This document shows, in pieces, positions 49,093-59,028 of a stretch of DNA of 64,000 nt. The notes below the pieces were generated by a model. It was not told the DNA's origin. It worked only from the letters and a program-made list of their open reading frames with translations, and ran no database searches. This DNA is from a virus (taxonomy: Duplodnaviria; Caudoviricetes), in the IMG/VR virus record IMGVR_UViG_3300043422_000045, positions 47,651 through 111,650 of that record; one strand, written 5' to 3'. Numbering within the stretch: position 1 is the stretch's first letter; each line of letters starts with the position of its first letter. The translations under genes were made by a program, and so were the position numbers.

Positions 49093-50399
49093 TGAAGTTC
49101 GGACAAGATTTCGAGAAAGTATTTTTTAAGCTTTCATTACAAAAACCTAAATATTTAGAAGCCATTAAAAAAGGCTTTTATACAAGTGAAGAAATAGATG
49201 CAATGCACTATTTAGCTACTAAGTTTTATGAGAAGTTTCATGAGGCTCCATCAAAAGAGCAAATGAAATTATTAATTCAACGAGGTAAAAAAGAAGTTGA
49301 TGAGGATTTAATAGACATTATTTACTCTTCAGATCTTACACAATATGATGAAGAGTGGATGAATTCTACTGCAGAATCATGGATCAAGTGGAGAAACTTC
49401 GATACGACATTGATTGACACTATCGAGTACATCAAAACAACACAGGTTAATCCTGATAACGTTGACGATATTATCTCAAAGGTTAAAGGTTTAATCAATG
49501 ATAGAAATTCACTTACCTTTAATTCAGATTTAGGTTTAGATTTCTTTAATCCAACAGATCACTTTCAAGAAGGCGTTACAAAATTCTCAACAGGTTATAA
49601 TTTCTTAGATAGAGCTTTAGGCGGTGGTTATGACAAAGACGGTACTTTAGTTGTTTACGTAGGTGAGCAAAATATCGGTAAGTCAATCTATTTAGCTAAT
49701 GACGCTTCTAACTTTGTAAAAATGGGTGTTAACACTGCAGTAATTACAGCAGAGATGTCAGCTCATAAATTTATGAAGCGTATTGGATCTAATGTTCTTT
49801 CTATACCAATGACTGAATATGATGACAAAGCTAAAAACGTAGATTATCTTAGAAGAAAGTTAGAAACTGTAGGTGATGGTTTGACTCCACCTGGTCAATT
49901 ATTTGTTAAGCAATTTCCAACTTCTCAAGCTACAGTACCAGATATTGAAGCTTATTTAAAACAAATCGAAGAAGAACGTAAAATCAAATTAGGTGTAGTA
50001 GTTATTGACTATATTAACATCTTGTCAAACTATAGAAATCCAAACTCTGAAAACACATACTTAAAAATCAAGCAAATTGCCGAAGATTTAAGAGCCATGG
50101 GAGTTAGAAATAAATGGTTAATTGTAACAGCTACACAGATTACTCGTTCAGGTTATAATTCAAGTGATATATCTATGACAGACGTTGCAGAATCTGCAGG
50201 TCTTTCACACACAGCAGACGTCATGTTAGGTATTATTCAAGATGACATAATGAGAGCCAGTTATGAATACTGGTTAAAGATTTTAAAGATCAGAGATGGT
50301 GAAGGTCGAGGAGTCAAATGTAAATTAGCTATTAACTATCAATACATGAGATTAACAGAGACTGACGATATTTCAAATTCAAACATACATTCAATATAA
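49092..50399 (+). CDS. gp41: Replicative DnaB-like helicase (T4 gp41-like)
   Basis: GEQNIGKS, ITAEM, IDYINI, TATQITR, AESAGL...AD and KIRDG. Confidence 0.9.
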   Translation: MKFGQDFEKVFFKLSLQKPKYLEAIKKGFYTSEEIDAMHYLATKFYEKFHEAPSKEQMKLLIQRGKKEVDEDLIDIIYSSDLTQYDEEWMNSTAESWIKWRNFDTTLIDTIEYIKTTQVNPDNVDDIISKVKGLINDRNSLTFNSDLGLDFFNPTDHFQEGVTKFSTGYNFLDRALGGGYDKDGTLVVYVGEQNIGKSIYLANDASNFVKMGVNTAVITAEMSAHKFMKRIGSNVLSIPMTEYDDKAKNVDYLRRKLETVGDGLTPPGQLFVKQFPTSQATVPDIEAYLKQIEEERKIKLGVVVIDYINILSNYRNPNSENTYLKIKQIAEDLRAMGVRNKWLIVTATQITRSGYNSSDISMTDVAESAGLSHTADVMLGIIQDDIMRASYEYWLKILKIRDGEGRGVKCKLAINYQYMRLTETDDISNSNIHSI

Positions 50400-50404
50400 A
50401 AAAC

Positions 50405-50863
50405 ATGGAACAAACTCCAAATCCAATTAAAAGAGATAAGATATTTGACAATACGTTTGAAGAACAAGATTTTCAATTAGACTCAAGTATTTCATTTCAA
50501 ATTTCACCGCAATATAGCGATGATAGAGACGAAGAAGATAAAATTCAATTAGAGATGATTAGACGTGATATTCATGGTCTAATAGATAAATCTAGATTTA
50601 GATCATTTAACGACCTAGATGATTTGTCTCAAGCTAAAAAGCTTAAAAAGATGGACATTAATGAGATCTATGAATTTATCGTCTCTGAATTAAATTTGAA
50701 ATACTCGCAGATAGAATTATTTTCTGAAACTTCAGATTATTTCAATATCAATCCAACCAAATTTTATGCTTCTTTAAGCAATAAATTCAAAGAAGAGCTA
50801 ATCCAAGAGTTAGACATTAGAACTAAAATTTTAAAGAAGAAAAAGATAAATCGTTTATTTTAG
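50405..50863 (+). CDS. Hypothetical protein; C-terminus resembles the T4 gp33 late-transcription coactivator
   Basis: SQIELF....DYFNINPTKFYASLSNKFKEELIQE is a helical pattern similar to gp33 (weak similarity). Confidence 0.35.
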   Translation: MEQTPNPIKRDKIFDNTFEEQDFQLDSSISFQISPQYSDDRDEEDKIQLEMIRRDIHGLIDKSRFRSFNDLDDLSQAKKLKKMDINEIYEFIVSELNLKYSQIELFSETSDYFNINPTKFYASLSNKFKEELIQELDIRTKILKKKKINRLF

Positions 50864-51979
50864 ATGATAGAAGATAAAAAAACAAATCAACCTGTCAAAA
50901 GAGTGTGGATCCTTGGGGATCTGCACTTTGGCGTTAGGTCTAATTCGATCGAATGGCTTGAAATTCAACAAGACTTTTTCGAAAACGTATTTATTCCTAC
51001 ATTAAAAGAGCATGTTAAACCGGGTGATGTTTTAGTACAGGTAGGTGATGTCTTTGATAACAGACAAAGCATAAATCTTAAAGTATTACATTATGCGATA
51101 GAGCTGTTCGAGAGACTTGGCAAGATACTACCAACGCACGTTATTTGTGGAAATCATGATATTTGGGCTAAAAAATCAAATGAAGTTACTTCAATTGATA
51201 CTTTAAAATGGATTCCTAATGTTAATATCTATAAAAAACCAAAGGCATTAAATTGGAATGGTAAAGAAATTTTAATGATGCCATGGAGAAGAGATGAAGA
51301 TCATGAGATTGAAACTCTACTTAAGTTTCCAAAGACAAATATAGTTTTCTGTCACTCTGAAGTTGCAGGTGTAGCTTTAAATAATAAAGTTAGAAACTTA
51401 CATGGAACAGATAGTGAATCATATAAAGGGTTTGACGCAGTTTACTCAGGTCACATTCATTATAGACAAACTAAAGGTAAACTTAGATTAGTAGGAACTC
51501 CTTATGAGCTAACTAGATCAGACTCTGGTAACGCTAAAGGATTTGACTTAGTAGATTTAGAAACTATGGAAGAAACTTTCTTTCAAAATGATAGATCACC
51601 TAAGTTTTTAAAATTCAATCTAAAGAGTCTTTATATGGTTCAATTAGGTGAATTTAAAAAACAAATTGAAAATAACTTTGTAGACCTTTATGTTCCATCT
51701 AAAATTGCAACGTCAAGCGCTCTTTCTAAATTAATCAATAGAGTACAAAAAATATCTAGAAAAATAGAACCAAACATCTATGAAGACGATGATTTATTAG
51801 ACAAAGATTTGTACGACATGGATCAAATAGAAGATCTTTACAAAAATTACAATATTTTGCACTTATGTAATATGTATGTTGACGGCACACACCACGACGA
51901 TGATGTGAAACAAAAGCTTAAACAAACATTAAAACAACTACACGATAGAAGTGCATACAACTACGATCTTGATATATGA
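50864..51979 (+). CDS. gp47: Mre11/SbcD-like recombination nuclease (T4 gp47-like)
   Basis: GDLHFG, GDVFDNR, GNHD and SGHIH metallophosphoesterase motifs. Confidence 0.9.
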   Translation: MIEDKKTNQPVKRVWILGDLHFGVRSNSIEWLEIQQDFFENVFIPTLKEHVKPGDVLVQVGDVFDNRQSINLKVLHYAIELFERLGKILPTHVICGNHDIWAKKSNEVTSIDTLKWIPNVNIYKKPKALNWNGKEILMMPWRRDEDHEIETLLKFPKTNIVFCHSEVAGVALNNKVRNLHGTDSESYKGFDAVYSGHIHYRQTKGKLRLVGTPYELTRSDSGNAKGFDLVDLETMEETFFQNDRSPKFLKFNLKSLYMVQLGEFKKQIENNFVDLYVPSKIATSSALSKLINRVQKISRKIEPNIYEDDDLLDKDLYDMDQIEDLYKNYNILHLCNMYVDGTHHDDDVKQKLKQTLKQLHDRSAYNYDLDI

Positions 51980-53649
51980 GAATAAAATCTATTGAATTTA
52001 AAAACTTTGCATCTTACGGTAATAAAGCTCAAACTTTAAGCTTTGAAGATGATAAAGCAGAATTGTTTTTAACGACTGGTAAAAATGGCGATGGTAAAAC
52101 TACTATCGCCAATGCCATTGTGTTTGGACTATATGGAAAATTAGAAGGTGTAAAATTACAAGACTTACCTAATAGAATTAATAAAAGCTTAATGGTAAAG
52201 TTAAAAGTTCAATGCAAAAATATCGAAGTTGATATTGAGCGAGGACTTGCGCCTAATCATTTTAAAGTAATGCTTAATGGCATTGAATTTGATAAAGCAG
52301 GTAAAAAATCAGTTCAGGAATATTTAGAAGAAGAAGTCTATGGCATTCCTTACCACGTATTTAAAAACATTATTATTCTATCAGTTAATGACTTTAAGTC
52401 ATTTTTAACCATGTCTAATAATGACAAGAAGCAAATCATCGATAGATTGTTTGGCTTCTCTATTTTAAATGACATGGCTAAGTCCATTAAAGAAGAGCGT
52501 AGAAATCTTAAGATTGATTTAGATTCATTTGATAGAGAATTAAAACAGATTAATGAAAACATGACATCTGTTCAAATGAAATTAAACCAGTTATTAGCAG
52601 AATCAAAAACTAAGAACAAAGAAAAGATCAAAGAATTAAAAGAAAAACTAATTCAATTTGATGAAAATAAAAAGAAGTTAGAAGAAGCTAAAGATAAAAT
52701 AAAAGAAACTCTAGGTAAACAAACAAAAGATTTAGATACTAAAAAGTCAGAATACAGCAAGTTAAAGCATGAGCATGATGAGCTTAAAAAGAAATTAGCT
52801 CTCTATGAAAAAAATGCATGTCCAACTTGTGAAGCGCCTTTGACTGGCGATTTTCACACAGATAGAAAAAATGAAATGGAGCACAAATGCGAAGGCATGC
52901 CAGATATTTTATCTTCTTGTGAAACTGGAATTAGAGAAATTTCAACAGAAATCAATGCATTAAAAACCAAAGAAACTCAAGTCTTAGAAAAGGTTTCTAT
53001 GTTAAACACTAACATTAGAAATTTTAAAAATGAATTGTTAAGTATTAAAGAGTCTATTGATAATAATGGCCAATTTGATCACTTAAAACAAATCATTGAA
53101 GACTTTGAGAAAAAAGAAGCTGAGAAATCAATCAACAAAGATAAAACTAATGTAGATTACATATTCTTAGAAGCTGTTGAAGAAATCTTAGGCGAAGGTG
53201 GCGTTAAAAACTTAGCTATTAAAACTATTTTACCAGGTTTAAATGCAAACATTGCAGCTTTAAGTCAAACAATGCACTTGAACTTTCAATTAAAATTCAA
53301 CGAGAAATTTGATTGTGTTATAACGCATTTAGGTCAAGAGATTAATGCAATGACTTTATCAACTGGAGAACGTAAGAAAGCAGATTTTGTTATCATTATT
53401 TCAATCATCAAAATTCTTAAATTAAGATTTCCACAATTAAACCTATTATTCTTAGACGAATTATTAAGCTCAGTTGACCAAGATGGTATTTACAACATCT
53501 TAAAGATATTGAGTCAGGTTATAAAAGAAAGTAAGATAAATACATTTGTAATCAATCATACACCGTTACCACACGAGATTTTTGATAAAAAATTACACAT
53601 ATTTAAAGAAAACGGCTTCTCTAAGTTTGAAATAGAGGCAATTGAATAA
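51976..53649 (+). CDS. gp46: Rad50/SbcC-like ATPase (T4 gp46-like)
   Basis: GKNGDGKTT, coiled coil with CPTC hook, LSTGE signature and LDE. Confidence 0.92.
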   Translation: MRIKSIEFKNFASYGNKAQTLSFEDDKAELFLTTGKNGDGKTTIANAIVFGLYGKLEGVKLQDLPNRINKSLMVKLKVQCKNIEVDIERGLAPNHFKVMLNGIEFDKAGKKSVQEYLEEEVYGIPYHVFKNIIILSVNDFKSFLTMSNNDKKQIIDRLFGFSILNDMAKSIKEERRNLKIDLDSFDRELKQINENMTSVQMKLNQLLAESKTKNKEKIKELKEKLIQFDENKKKLEEAKDKIKETLGKQTKDLDTKKSEYSKLKHEHDELKKKLALYEKNACPTCEAPLTGDFHTDRKNEMEHKCEGMPDILSSCETGIREISTEINALKTKETQVLEKVSMLNTNIRNFKNELLSIKESIDNNGQFDHLKQIIEDFEKKEAEKSINKDKTNVDYIFLEAVEEILGEGGVKNLAIKTILPGLNANIAALSQTMHLNFQLKFNEKFDCVITHLGQEINAMTLSTGERKKADFVIIISIIKILKLRFPQLNLLFLDELLSSVDQDGIYNILKILSQVIKESKINTFVINHTPLPHEIFDKKLHIFKENGFSKFEIEAIE

Positions 53650-53663
53650 AAATATATAAATTA

Positions 53664-54464
53664 ATGTCAACGTACAATTCAAAATATAATGCAGACGATT
53701 CTGTAGTAAGACATATTATTATAGGCCTAATTTCAGACCTTAATAATAAAATTTACTTTTACAGACAAAAGGACAATGATACTAGAGTAGTCGTAGATGT
53801 TCCATTTTATTATTCAATTACAGGAGATGATCAATTCTTAAGAGATAATTTCTTGTTTACTACTCCAGATGGATTAGATTGTGTACCAGATAAAATGTTT
53901 GCAGATGGTAACTATGATTCTATACCAAGAGGTGTTGCTAATTTAACATCTTTAGCTATAGATTCAAGTAAATTAGTTAATAAAGGCGTTAGAGGATCTT
54001 ATACTAAATTAAATAGCGAAGGCGCCATGGAAGGTTACAATGCTGAATTTACAATGATTCCAGTAACTCTTGGCTTTTCAATTGAGATTTTAGTAGGTTC
54101 ACAGTTAGACTCCTTAAAAATCACCGAAATGATTATTAAGAGACTTTACAAATCTAATTATTTTAACGTTGATGTTGGTCACTTAAATGAAGGTACTTAC
54201 AGAATAGCTTCATATTATGCCATGCCAGATGATTATGAAAACGAAAGACCATTAGAATTTACATTTGATGATAAAGATAAATACAAAATTACATTCTCAG
54301 TTGAAGTAAACTCATTCATACCAGCTTTTGAATTTGACACAGAGATACATTCAGGTAATAGAATGTTTGAAATACTATCAACTGTAACAGATCAAAAAAT
54401 TGAAAGCTTTACGCGAGGGTCTAATACAGATGACGTGAATATTATAGACAAAAATGACATATAA
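53664..54464 (+). CDS. gp15: Tail sheath terminator/stabiliser (T4 gp15-like)
   Basis: VPF.Y, IPR and PV.L.F...I...SQ.D.L.I.E.I pattern; preceded by AATATATAA (53651). Confidence 0.6.
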   Translation: MSTYNSKYNADDSVVRHIIIGLISDLNNKIYFYRQKDNDTRVVVDVPFYYSITGDDQFLRDNFLFTTPDGLDCVPDKMFADGNYDSIPRGVANLTSLAIDSSKLVNKGVRGSYTKLNSEGAMEGYNAEFTMIPVTLGFSIEILVGSQLDSLKITEMIIKRLYKSNYFNVDVGHLNEGTYRIASYYAMPDDYENERPLEFTFDDKDKYKITFSVEVNSFIPAFEFDTEIHSGNRMFEILSTVTDQKIESFTRGSNTDDVNIIDKNDI

Positions 54465-54470
54465 TATTAG

Positions 54471-54479
54471 GATATATAA
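54471..54479 (+). promoter_or_regulatory. Late-type promoter GATATATAA
   Basis: Recurrent 9-mer. Confidence 0.6.
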
Positions 54480-54504
54480 TAAAAGATAAAAAAATTAACA
54501 AAAA

Positions 54505-55266
54505 ATGAGAACAAATATTCTTGCTCCTTTAGTACAATCAGAGACTTCTGCTACATTTTATTTAAATGGTAGAATTTTTGAAATGTCAGGTGACTCAGTT
54601 TCTTTAGTAGAAACTTCAAACAATGCTAATTTAAACGCAGCAATTGCAGCTTTTGAAACTTTTGAATTTAGCGAAAACAATGTTAGATGGTATTTAGGTA
54701 CTTCTAGATTTAACTATAACATTGCAGAAAACAAATTTACATGGGGTAATTCAGAAATTGTATCTGAAAGTTTCTCTAAGCATATTTTTGCAGGTGGTGC
54801 AATTAGATATGAAAACTTAAAAACAGCTGAATTGTTCGAAGCTATTCCAGCAATGTTAGAATCATTTATCGTTTTAGATATGGTTGCATGTTTTGAAGGA
54901 AATAATATTACGGTTGATTTAATCAAAGCTGATGAAAAACTTTATGTTTCTAGAAACAACAAAGGAAATCACATTTACAAATTCTTCGAAGCTAAAAATG
55001 CAAACGAAGCTTTAGAATATGTTAAAGAACAAACAGGGCAAGATGCATCTGAATTCTTAATCGAATCTTTAGAAGGTGAAGCATCTACTTTAGCTAACGT
55101 ACAAGCACAAATTAATGAATTTCAAGAAACTATTGCTTTCTTAAAAGATCAAAGAAACGTATTAGCTGAAGCTGATAGAAATTTACCAGAAATTAAAGAA
55201 GCTAATAACTTTCTTTTATCTGAAATTAAATCATTCGAAGCTAAGATCGCTGAATTACAAGCATAA
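54505..55266 (+). CDS. Hypothetical late protein with C-terminal coiled coil
   Basis: 253 aa; late motif upstream and terminator downstream. Confidence 0.55.
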   Translation: MRTNILAPLVQSETSATFYLNGRIFEMSGDSVSLVETSNNANLNAAIAAFETFEFSENNVRWYLGTSRFNYNIAENKFTWGNSEIVSESFSKHIFAGGAIRYENLKTAELFEAIPAMLESFIVLDMVACFEGNNITVDLIKADEKLYVSRNNKGNHIYKFFEAKNANEALEYVKEQTGQDASEFLIESLEGEASTLANVQAQINEFQETIAFLKDQRNVLAEADRNLPEIKEANNFLLSEIKSFEAKIAELQA

Positions 55267-55284
55267 CATTTCATACAAATATTT

Positions 55285-55313
55285 AAAAGGGGTCGCTAAT
55301 GCGTCCCCTTTTT
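55285..55313 (+). terminator. Rho-independent terminator
   Basis: aaaaggggtcgc-taat-gcgtcccctttt. Confidence 0.7.
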
Positions 55314-55319
55314 AGTTTA

Positions 55320-55347
55320 TAAACAAAATTGAATATTTACGTATAAT
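55320..55347 (+). promoter_or_regulatory. Bipartite promoter variant TAAAC-N17-TATAAT upstream of the late sigma gene
   Basis: TAAAC aaaattgaatatttacg TATAAT. Confidence 0.55.
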
Positions 55348-55367
55348 AAACTAAAAACAGACATACA

Positions 55368-55820
55368 TTGGCAACAAACACAAACATTACAGAACAAAAA
55401 CCCGCAGTTGTTGAAACCACAACGCCGGTTAAGAAAACGGCCAGAAAGAAAAACTATTTAAACAATAGGGATTTATACGATCAAATCGTAATTTCAAAAG
55501 AGCAAGAAAAGCTAACTAAAGAAGCAGAAAAAATGCTTATTCTTTTGGCAGAAAAAGCAATTAACAGAATGAAATATGTTGATGAAAAAGACAGAGAAGA
55601 TTGTCTATCATTTGCTATTTTGGATTTGTTAAAGTATTGGAAAGGCTTTAATCCTAAATACACCAATGCATTTGCATACTTTACAGAAATAGCTAAAAGA
55701 GGTTATGCTAAAGGTTGGAATGCAATTCACCCAGAAAAATACAAAGGTACTATCTCATTAAATAAAGCTAATTCTCACAATGGAGAAGACAGTGATATGG
55801 GTGGAATTTACACAATATAA
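55368..55820 (+). CDS. gp55: Late-transcription sigma factor (T4 gp55-like), TTG start
   Basis: NYLNNRDLY, DREDC, KYWKGFNP and NAFAYFTEI. Confidence 0.85.
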   Translation: MATNTNITEQKPAVVETTTPVKKTARKKNYLNNRDLYDQIVISKEQEKLTKEAEKMLILLAEKAINRMKYVDEKDREDCLSFAILDLLKYWKGFNPKYTNAFAYFTEIAKRGYAKGWNAIHPEKYKGTISLNKANSHNGEDSDMGGIYTI

Positions 55821-55822
55821 TA

Positions 55823-56308
55823 ATGTCAATAAAAAACGTAAGACCTACAAAAAAGTCAGGATTCAATCAAGGTTACTATATACCTAATGATCCAACTAAA
55901 TATGTTGGTCCTACACCGATCATATATAGATCTTCATGGGAAAGAAAGTTTATGATGTGGTGTGATAACAATGACAAAGTTATAATGTGGTCCAGTGAGC
56001 CGGTCCAAATAGAATACATATCTAGGGCGGATAATAAAAAGCATATATATTATCCAGACTTCTATATGAAAGTTCTTCAAGAAGATAATAATCTTAAAGA
56101 ATTTCTAGTAGAAATCAAACCAAAACAACAATTGATAAAACCAGAGCCCCCAAAAAAAGCTTCTAAAAAAGCTTTAAGTTCATATCAATTTTTAGCAGAA
56201 CAGTATATTAAGAATTTAGACAAATATACGTTCGCAAAAGAATATTGTAAAAACAGAAACTGGAATTTTATAGTTTTAACAGAAGACTCGATTAATGGAT
56301 TACGTTAA
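55823..56308 (+). CDS. gp4: Head completion nuclease (T4 gp4-like, TnsA-type)
   Basis: P.KY.G, YRSSWE.KFM.WCD, WSSE, YYPDF, EIKP and F.VLTE. Confidence 0.88.
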   Translation: MSIKNVRPTKKSGFNQGYYIPNDPTKYVGPTPIIYRSSWERKFMMWCDNNDKVIMWSSEPVQIEYISRADNKKHIYYPDFYMKVLQEDNNLKEFLVEIKPKQQLIKPEPPKKASKKALSSYQFLAEQYIKNLDKYTFAKEYCKNRNWNFIVLTEDSINGLR

Positions 56309-56912
56309 GAAAGAAATATTGAAAATGATCAAAGAAAACAAGAGCAAAAAAGAAGCTCGAAATGTTTCTGAGAAATGGTTTTCAGATGCTCTCAAAAGCA
56401 GAAAAGATAAATCGGTCGAGCGTATTATTAAACCCTTTGAACCGGGCAAAATTTATGTTTTTGATTATGTCAATCCAGTAACAAAAGAAACTTTAGAATG
56501 GTGGGATATGAATCCAGTCGTTCTAGCTCTTTTGCCAATAGATAAAACAACAGAATGTGGTATTAACTTAAATTTATTACCAGTTAAATTCAAAGAAGAA
56601 TTCTTAGATAATTTCTATAAAATGTACCACTCTCAAATAGCTGCTCAAAAAACAGGTATTAAAAAAGATAACGCTAGTTTACAAAGTCCATTAAGATCTT
56701 TAAAATACGAAGTTGTTAAGAGATATTTAGACAAATATGGCTTTGGATTTGCTATAAGAAGATATAAAACACATCTTAAAAAGAATCAAGCCGTAGTATC
56801 TTATGAGAGCTGGGCTAAAATAGCTTTATGTGATTTTATAAAGTTAAATGGTGCTAGTCCGTGGAAAATCAAGAGACTTTTCACAGAGTACTATAGAAAT
56901 ATGAATATATAA
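56295..56912 (+). CDS. gp2: DNA end-protector protein (T4 gp2-like)
   Basis: PGKIYVFDY..P, WWD..PVV, GINLNLLP and IRRY. Confidence 0.75.
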   Translation: MDYVKKEILKMIKENKSKKEARNVSEKWFSDALKSRKDKSVERIIKPFEPGKIYVFDYVNPVTKETLEWWDMNPVVLALLPIDKTTECGINLNLLPVKFKEEFLDNFYKMYHSQIAAQKTGIKKDNASLQSPLRSLKYEVVKRYLDKYGFGFAIRRYKTHLKKNQAVVSYESWAKIALCDFIKLNGASPWKIKRLFTEYYRNMNI

Positions 56913-56942
56913 TTAAATAAGTAAAAACTAAATACAAATATA

Positions 56943-58565
56943 ATGGCAGGATTCGTAGACAGAAACGGACCGTTTAGTACAGGTAAAAGACCTTTTAGGT
57001 TGAGCGATACTCTTAAGAAGTTATCGTCGTTCGGTATGTATTATGACGACTTAGTATTAAGACAATCACAGGCGATCGGTCCAATGGAAGATCAATTTGG
57101 TTACGGCCAAATGAACTTAATGGGCGTAGATTCAGATGACATTTATGGTGCATTTGCTGCACTATCTATGGCAGATACTAACATGAGAAAGAACCTTCCG
57201 TTCTTTGACATGAATTATAAATCTAAAAGAGATGAATTAAGACAATTTTCTCTTTATGATGAAATCGAAGACATTTTAGATATTCTTTGTGATGAATCTA
57301 TTGTATTTGATGAGAAAAATTTCGTAGCAACACCAACCTTAATTGGTATGGAAGTTTCTGAAGAAGTTACATCATACATGCATAAATCATTTAGAAATAT
57401 CTACCAATATTTTGGATTTGCAGGAGATCAATCTGCATGGTTTTACTTTAGAAAATGGTTAATTGATGGTTATTTGTCATTTGAGATTGTTTATAATCCA
57501 GAAATGACAGAAATTATTGGTTTCAAAGAAATTGATCCAACAACATTAGTTCCAGGTTACAATAAAGAAGATGGTAAAAAGGTTTGGGTTCAGTTTAAAG
57601 ATGATCCAATTAAAGAGCGTAAATTATATGATGCGCAAATTATTTACATCTCATACTCTTCTATTACTACAGCTTCACGTATCTCTTACGTAGAAAGATT
57701 AATTAGAGCATTTAACTTATTAAGAGTTATGGAACATACCAGAGTTATTTGGGCTGTTACAAATGCTTCATATAGAATGAAATTTATTATCCCAGTTGGT
57801 GGTAAATCTAAAACAAGAGCAAAACAATCATTAGCTCAATTGATGAATAACTATAAAGAAGTAGTTGATTTTGATTGGGATTCAGGCGTTCTTAATACTA
57901 ATGGTAAACCGATGCTTCAATTTAATAAAGAATATTGGTTACCTTCAAAAGACGGTGAACAACCAGAAATTGAAACTTTAGGTGGTGAAGGTCCTGAAAT
58001 TAATGATGTTGAGTCTTTAAAATACTTCTCAGATAAATTAAAGCACGTTTCTAAGATCCCATATAGTAGATTTATGTACGAAGATGGCGGTGGAGAAAAC
58101 AACATGGCAGCTGACGGTATGATCAGAGATGAGATTAAGTTTGCTAAATTCGTTAACCGTCTAAGATCTTCATTCCAAGAAATTTTAGTTAAGCCTTTAT
58201 GGTTGCAAATGTGTATTAAATTCCCTGAATTCAAAGAGGATCCAATGTTTAGAACACAAATCGCATTAAGATATAACGAAGAAAACATGTTTGCTGAAAT
58301 GAAAAACATGGAAATTATGGAAAAACGTCTAGACTTTATTGGCAATATGCGTAATAACTTGATGACAACGAATCCATTAACAATGGAAGAAGAACATTAT
58401 TTCGATTTAGATTTCTTAGTAGATAAATACTTAAAGCTAAATAATGACGATAAAATAGCCAATGAAGCTGCTAAAGCAAGAACAGAAGCCAAAAAAGCTG
58501 CAGAACCAGAAGATCCAAACGCAATGGCTATGATGGGCGGAGTGCCAGGCGCTGGTGGATTCTAA
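56943..58565 (+). CDS. gp20: Portal protein (T4 gp20-like)
   Basis: FRKWLIDG, SYVERLIR..N.LR.ME, YWLP, IETL.G, RDEIKFAKFV.RLR and N.FAE.K..E; AATATATAA at 56904. Confidence 0.93.
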   Translation: MAGFVDRNGPFSTGKRPFRLSDTLKKLSSFGMYYDDLVLRQSQAIGPMEDQFGYGQMNLMGVDSDDIYGAFAALSMADTNMRKNLPFFDMNYKSKRDELRQFSLYDEIEDILDILCDESIVFDEKNFVATPTLIGMEVSEEVTSYMHKSFRNIYQYFGFAGDQSAWFYFRKWLIDGYLSFEIVYNPEMTEIIGFKEIDPTTLVPGYNKEDGKKVWVQFKDDPIKERKLYDAQIIYISYSSITTASRISYVERLIRAFNLLRVMEHTRVIWAVTNASYRMKFIIPVGGKSKTRAKQSLAQLMNNYKEVVDFDWDSGVLNTNGKPMLQFNKEYWLPSKDGEQPEIETLGGEGPEINDVESLKYFSDKLKHVSKIPYSRFMYEDGGGENNMAADGMIRDEIKFAKFVNRLRSSFQEILVKPLWLQMCIKFPEFKEDPMFRTQIALRYNEENMFAEMKNMEIMEKRLDFIGNMRNNLMTTNPLTMEEEHYFDLDFLVDKYLKLNNDDKIANEAAKARTEAKKAAEPEDPNAMAMMGGVPGAGGF

Positions 58566-58574
58566 TAAAATAAA

Positions 58575-58967
58575 ATGAATACATATAATATGAAAAAATT
58601 AATTAAAACATTCGAACAATTTATATTTGAAGCCGAAGCCGTTAAGGCAGAAGATTCAGATGTTTATATCGATGATGTATCAGCTGATGGTTCAGACACT
58701 GTAATTAAAGCTGTTGAAATTTTAGGAGCTATTAAGGCATCTGCAACAGAAAAAGAATTTAAAGACTATTTCTTTCAGCAATATGGCCAAACTACTTTAG
58801 CACCAGAAGATATGGCTAAACTTTGTAAATATTACAATGAATACAAAGAAGAAGAAAACAAAGAAAAGGCTGACTCTGAAAAAGAAGGTGAAGATGAAAC
58901 TTCTACTGAAGAAGATCCATTAGCAGGTTTAGACACAGATTTACCAACAGGAGAAGACGGAAAATAA
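58575..58967 (+). CDS. Acidic prohead-core-like protein
   Basis: Lies between portal and protease (the gp67/68 position); MKKLIKTFEQFIFEA motif (alternative start 58590); acidic tail. Confidence 0.55.
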   Translation: MNTYNMKKLIKTFEQFIFEAEAVKAEDSDVYIDDVSADGSDTVIKAVEILGAIKASATEKEFKDYFFQQYGQTTLAPEDMAKLCKYYNEYKEEENKEKADSEKEGEDETSTEEDPLAGLDTDLPTGEDGK

Positions 58968-58996
58968 TAATATTAATTTTTTACATTTTAAACAAG

Positions 58997-59005
58997 GATA
59001 TATAA
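58997..59005 (+). promoter_or_regulatory. Late-type promoter GATATATAA
   Basis: Recurrent 9-mer upstream of the protease gene. Confidence 0.6.
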
Positions 59006-59028
59006 TCCAAAATATACTATAAAAATAT

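Noticed and set aside
55823-56308. Tn7 TnsA transposase / mobile element
   Set aside because: The TnsA-like fold is expected for T4 gp4 head completion protein, and it sits in the gp55-gp4-gp2-portal context.
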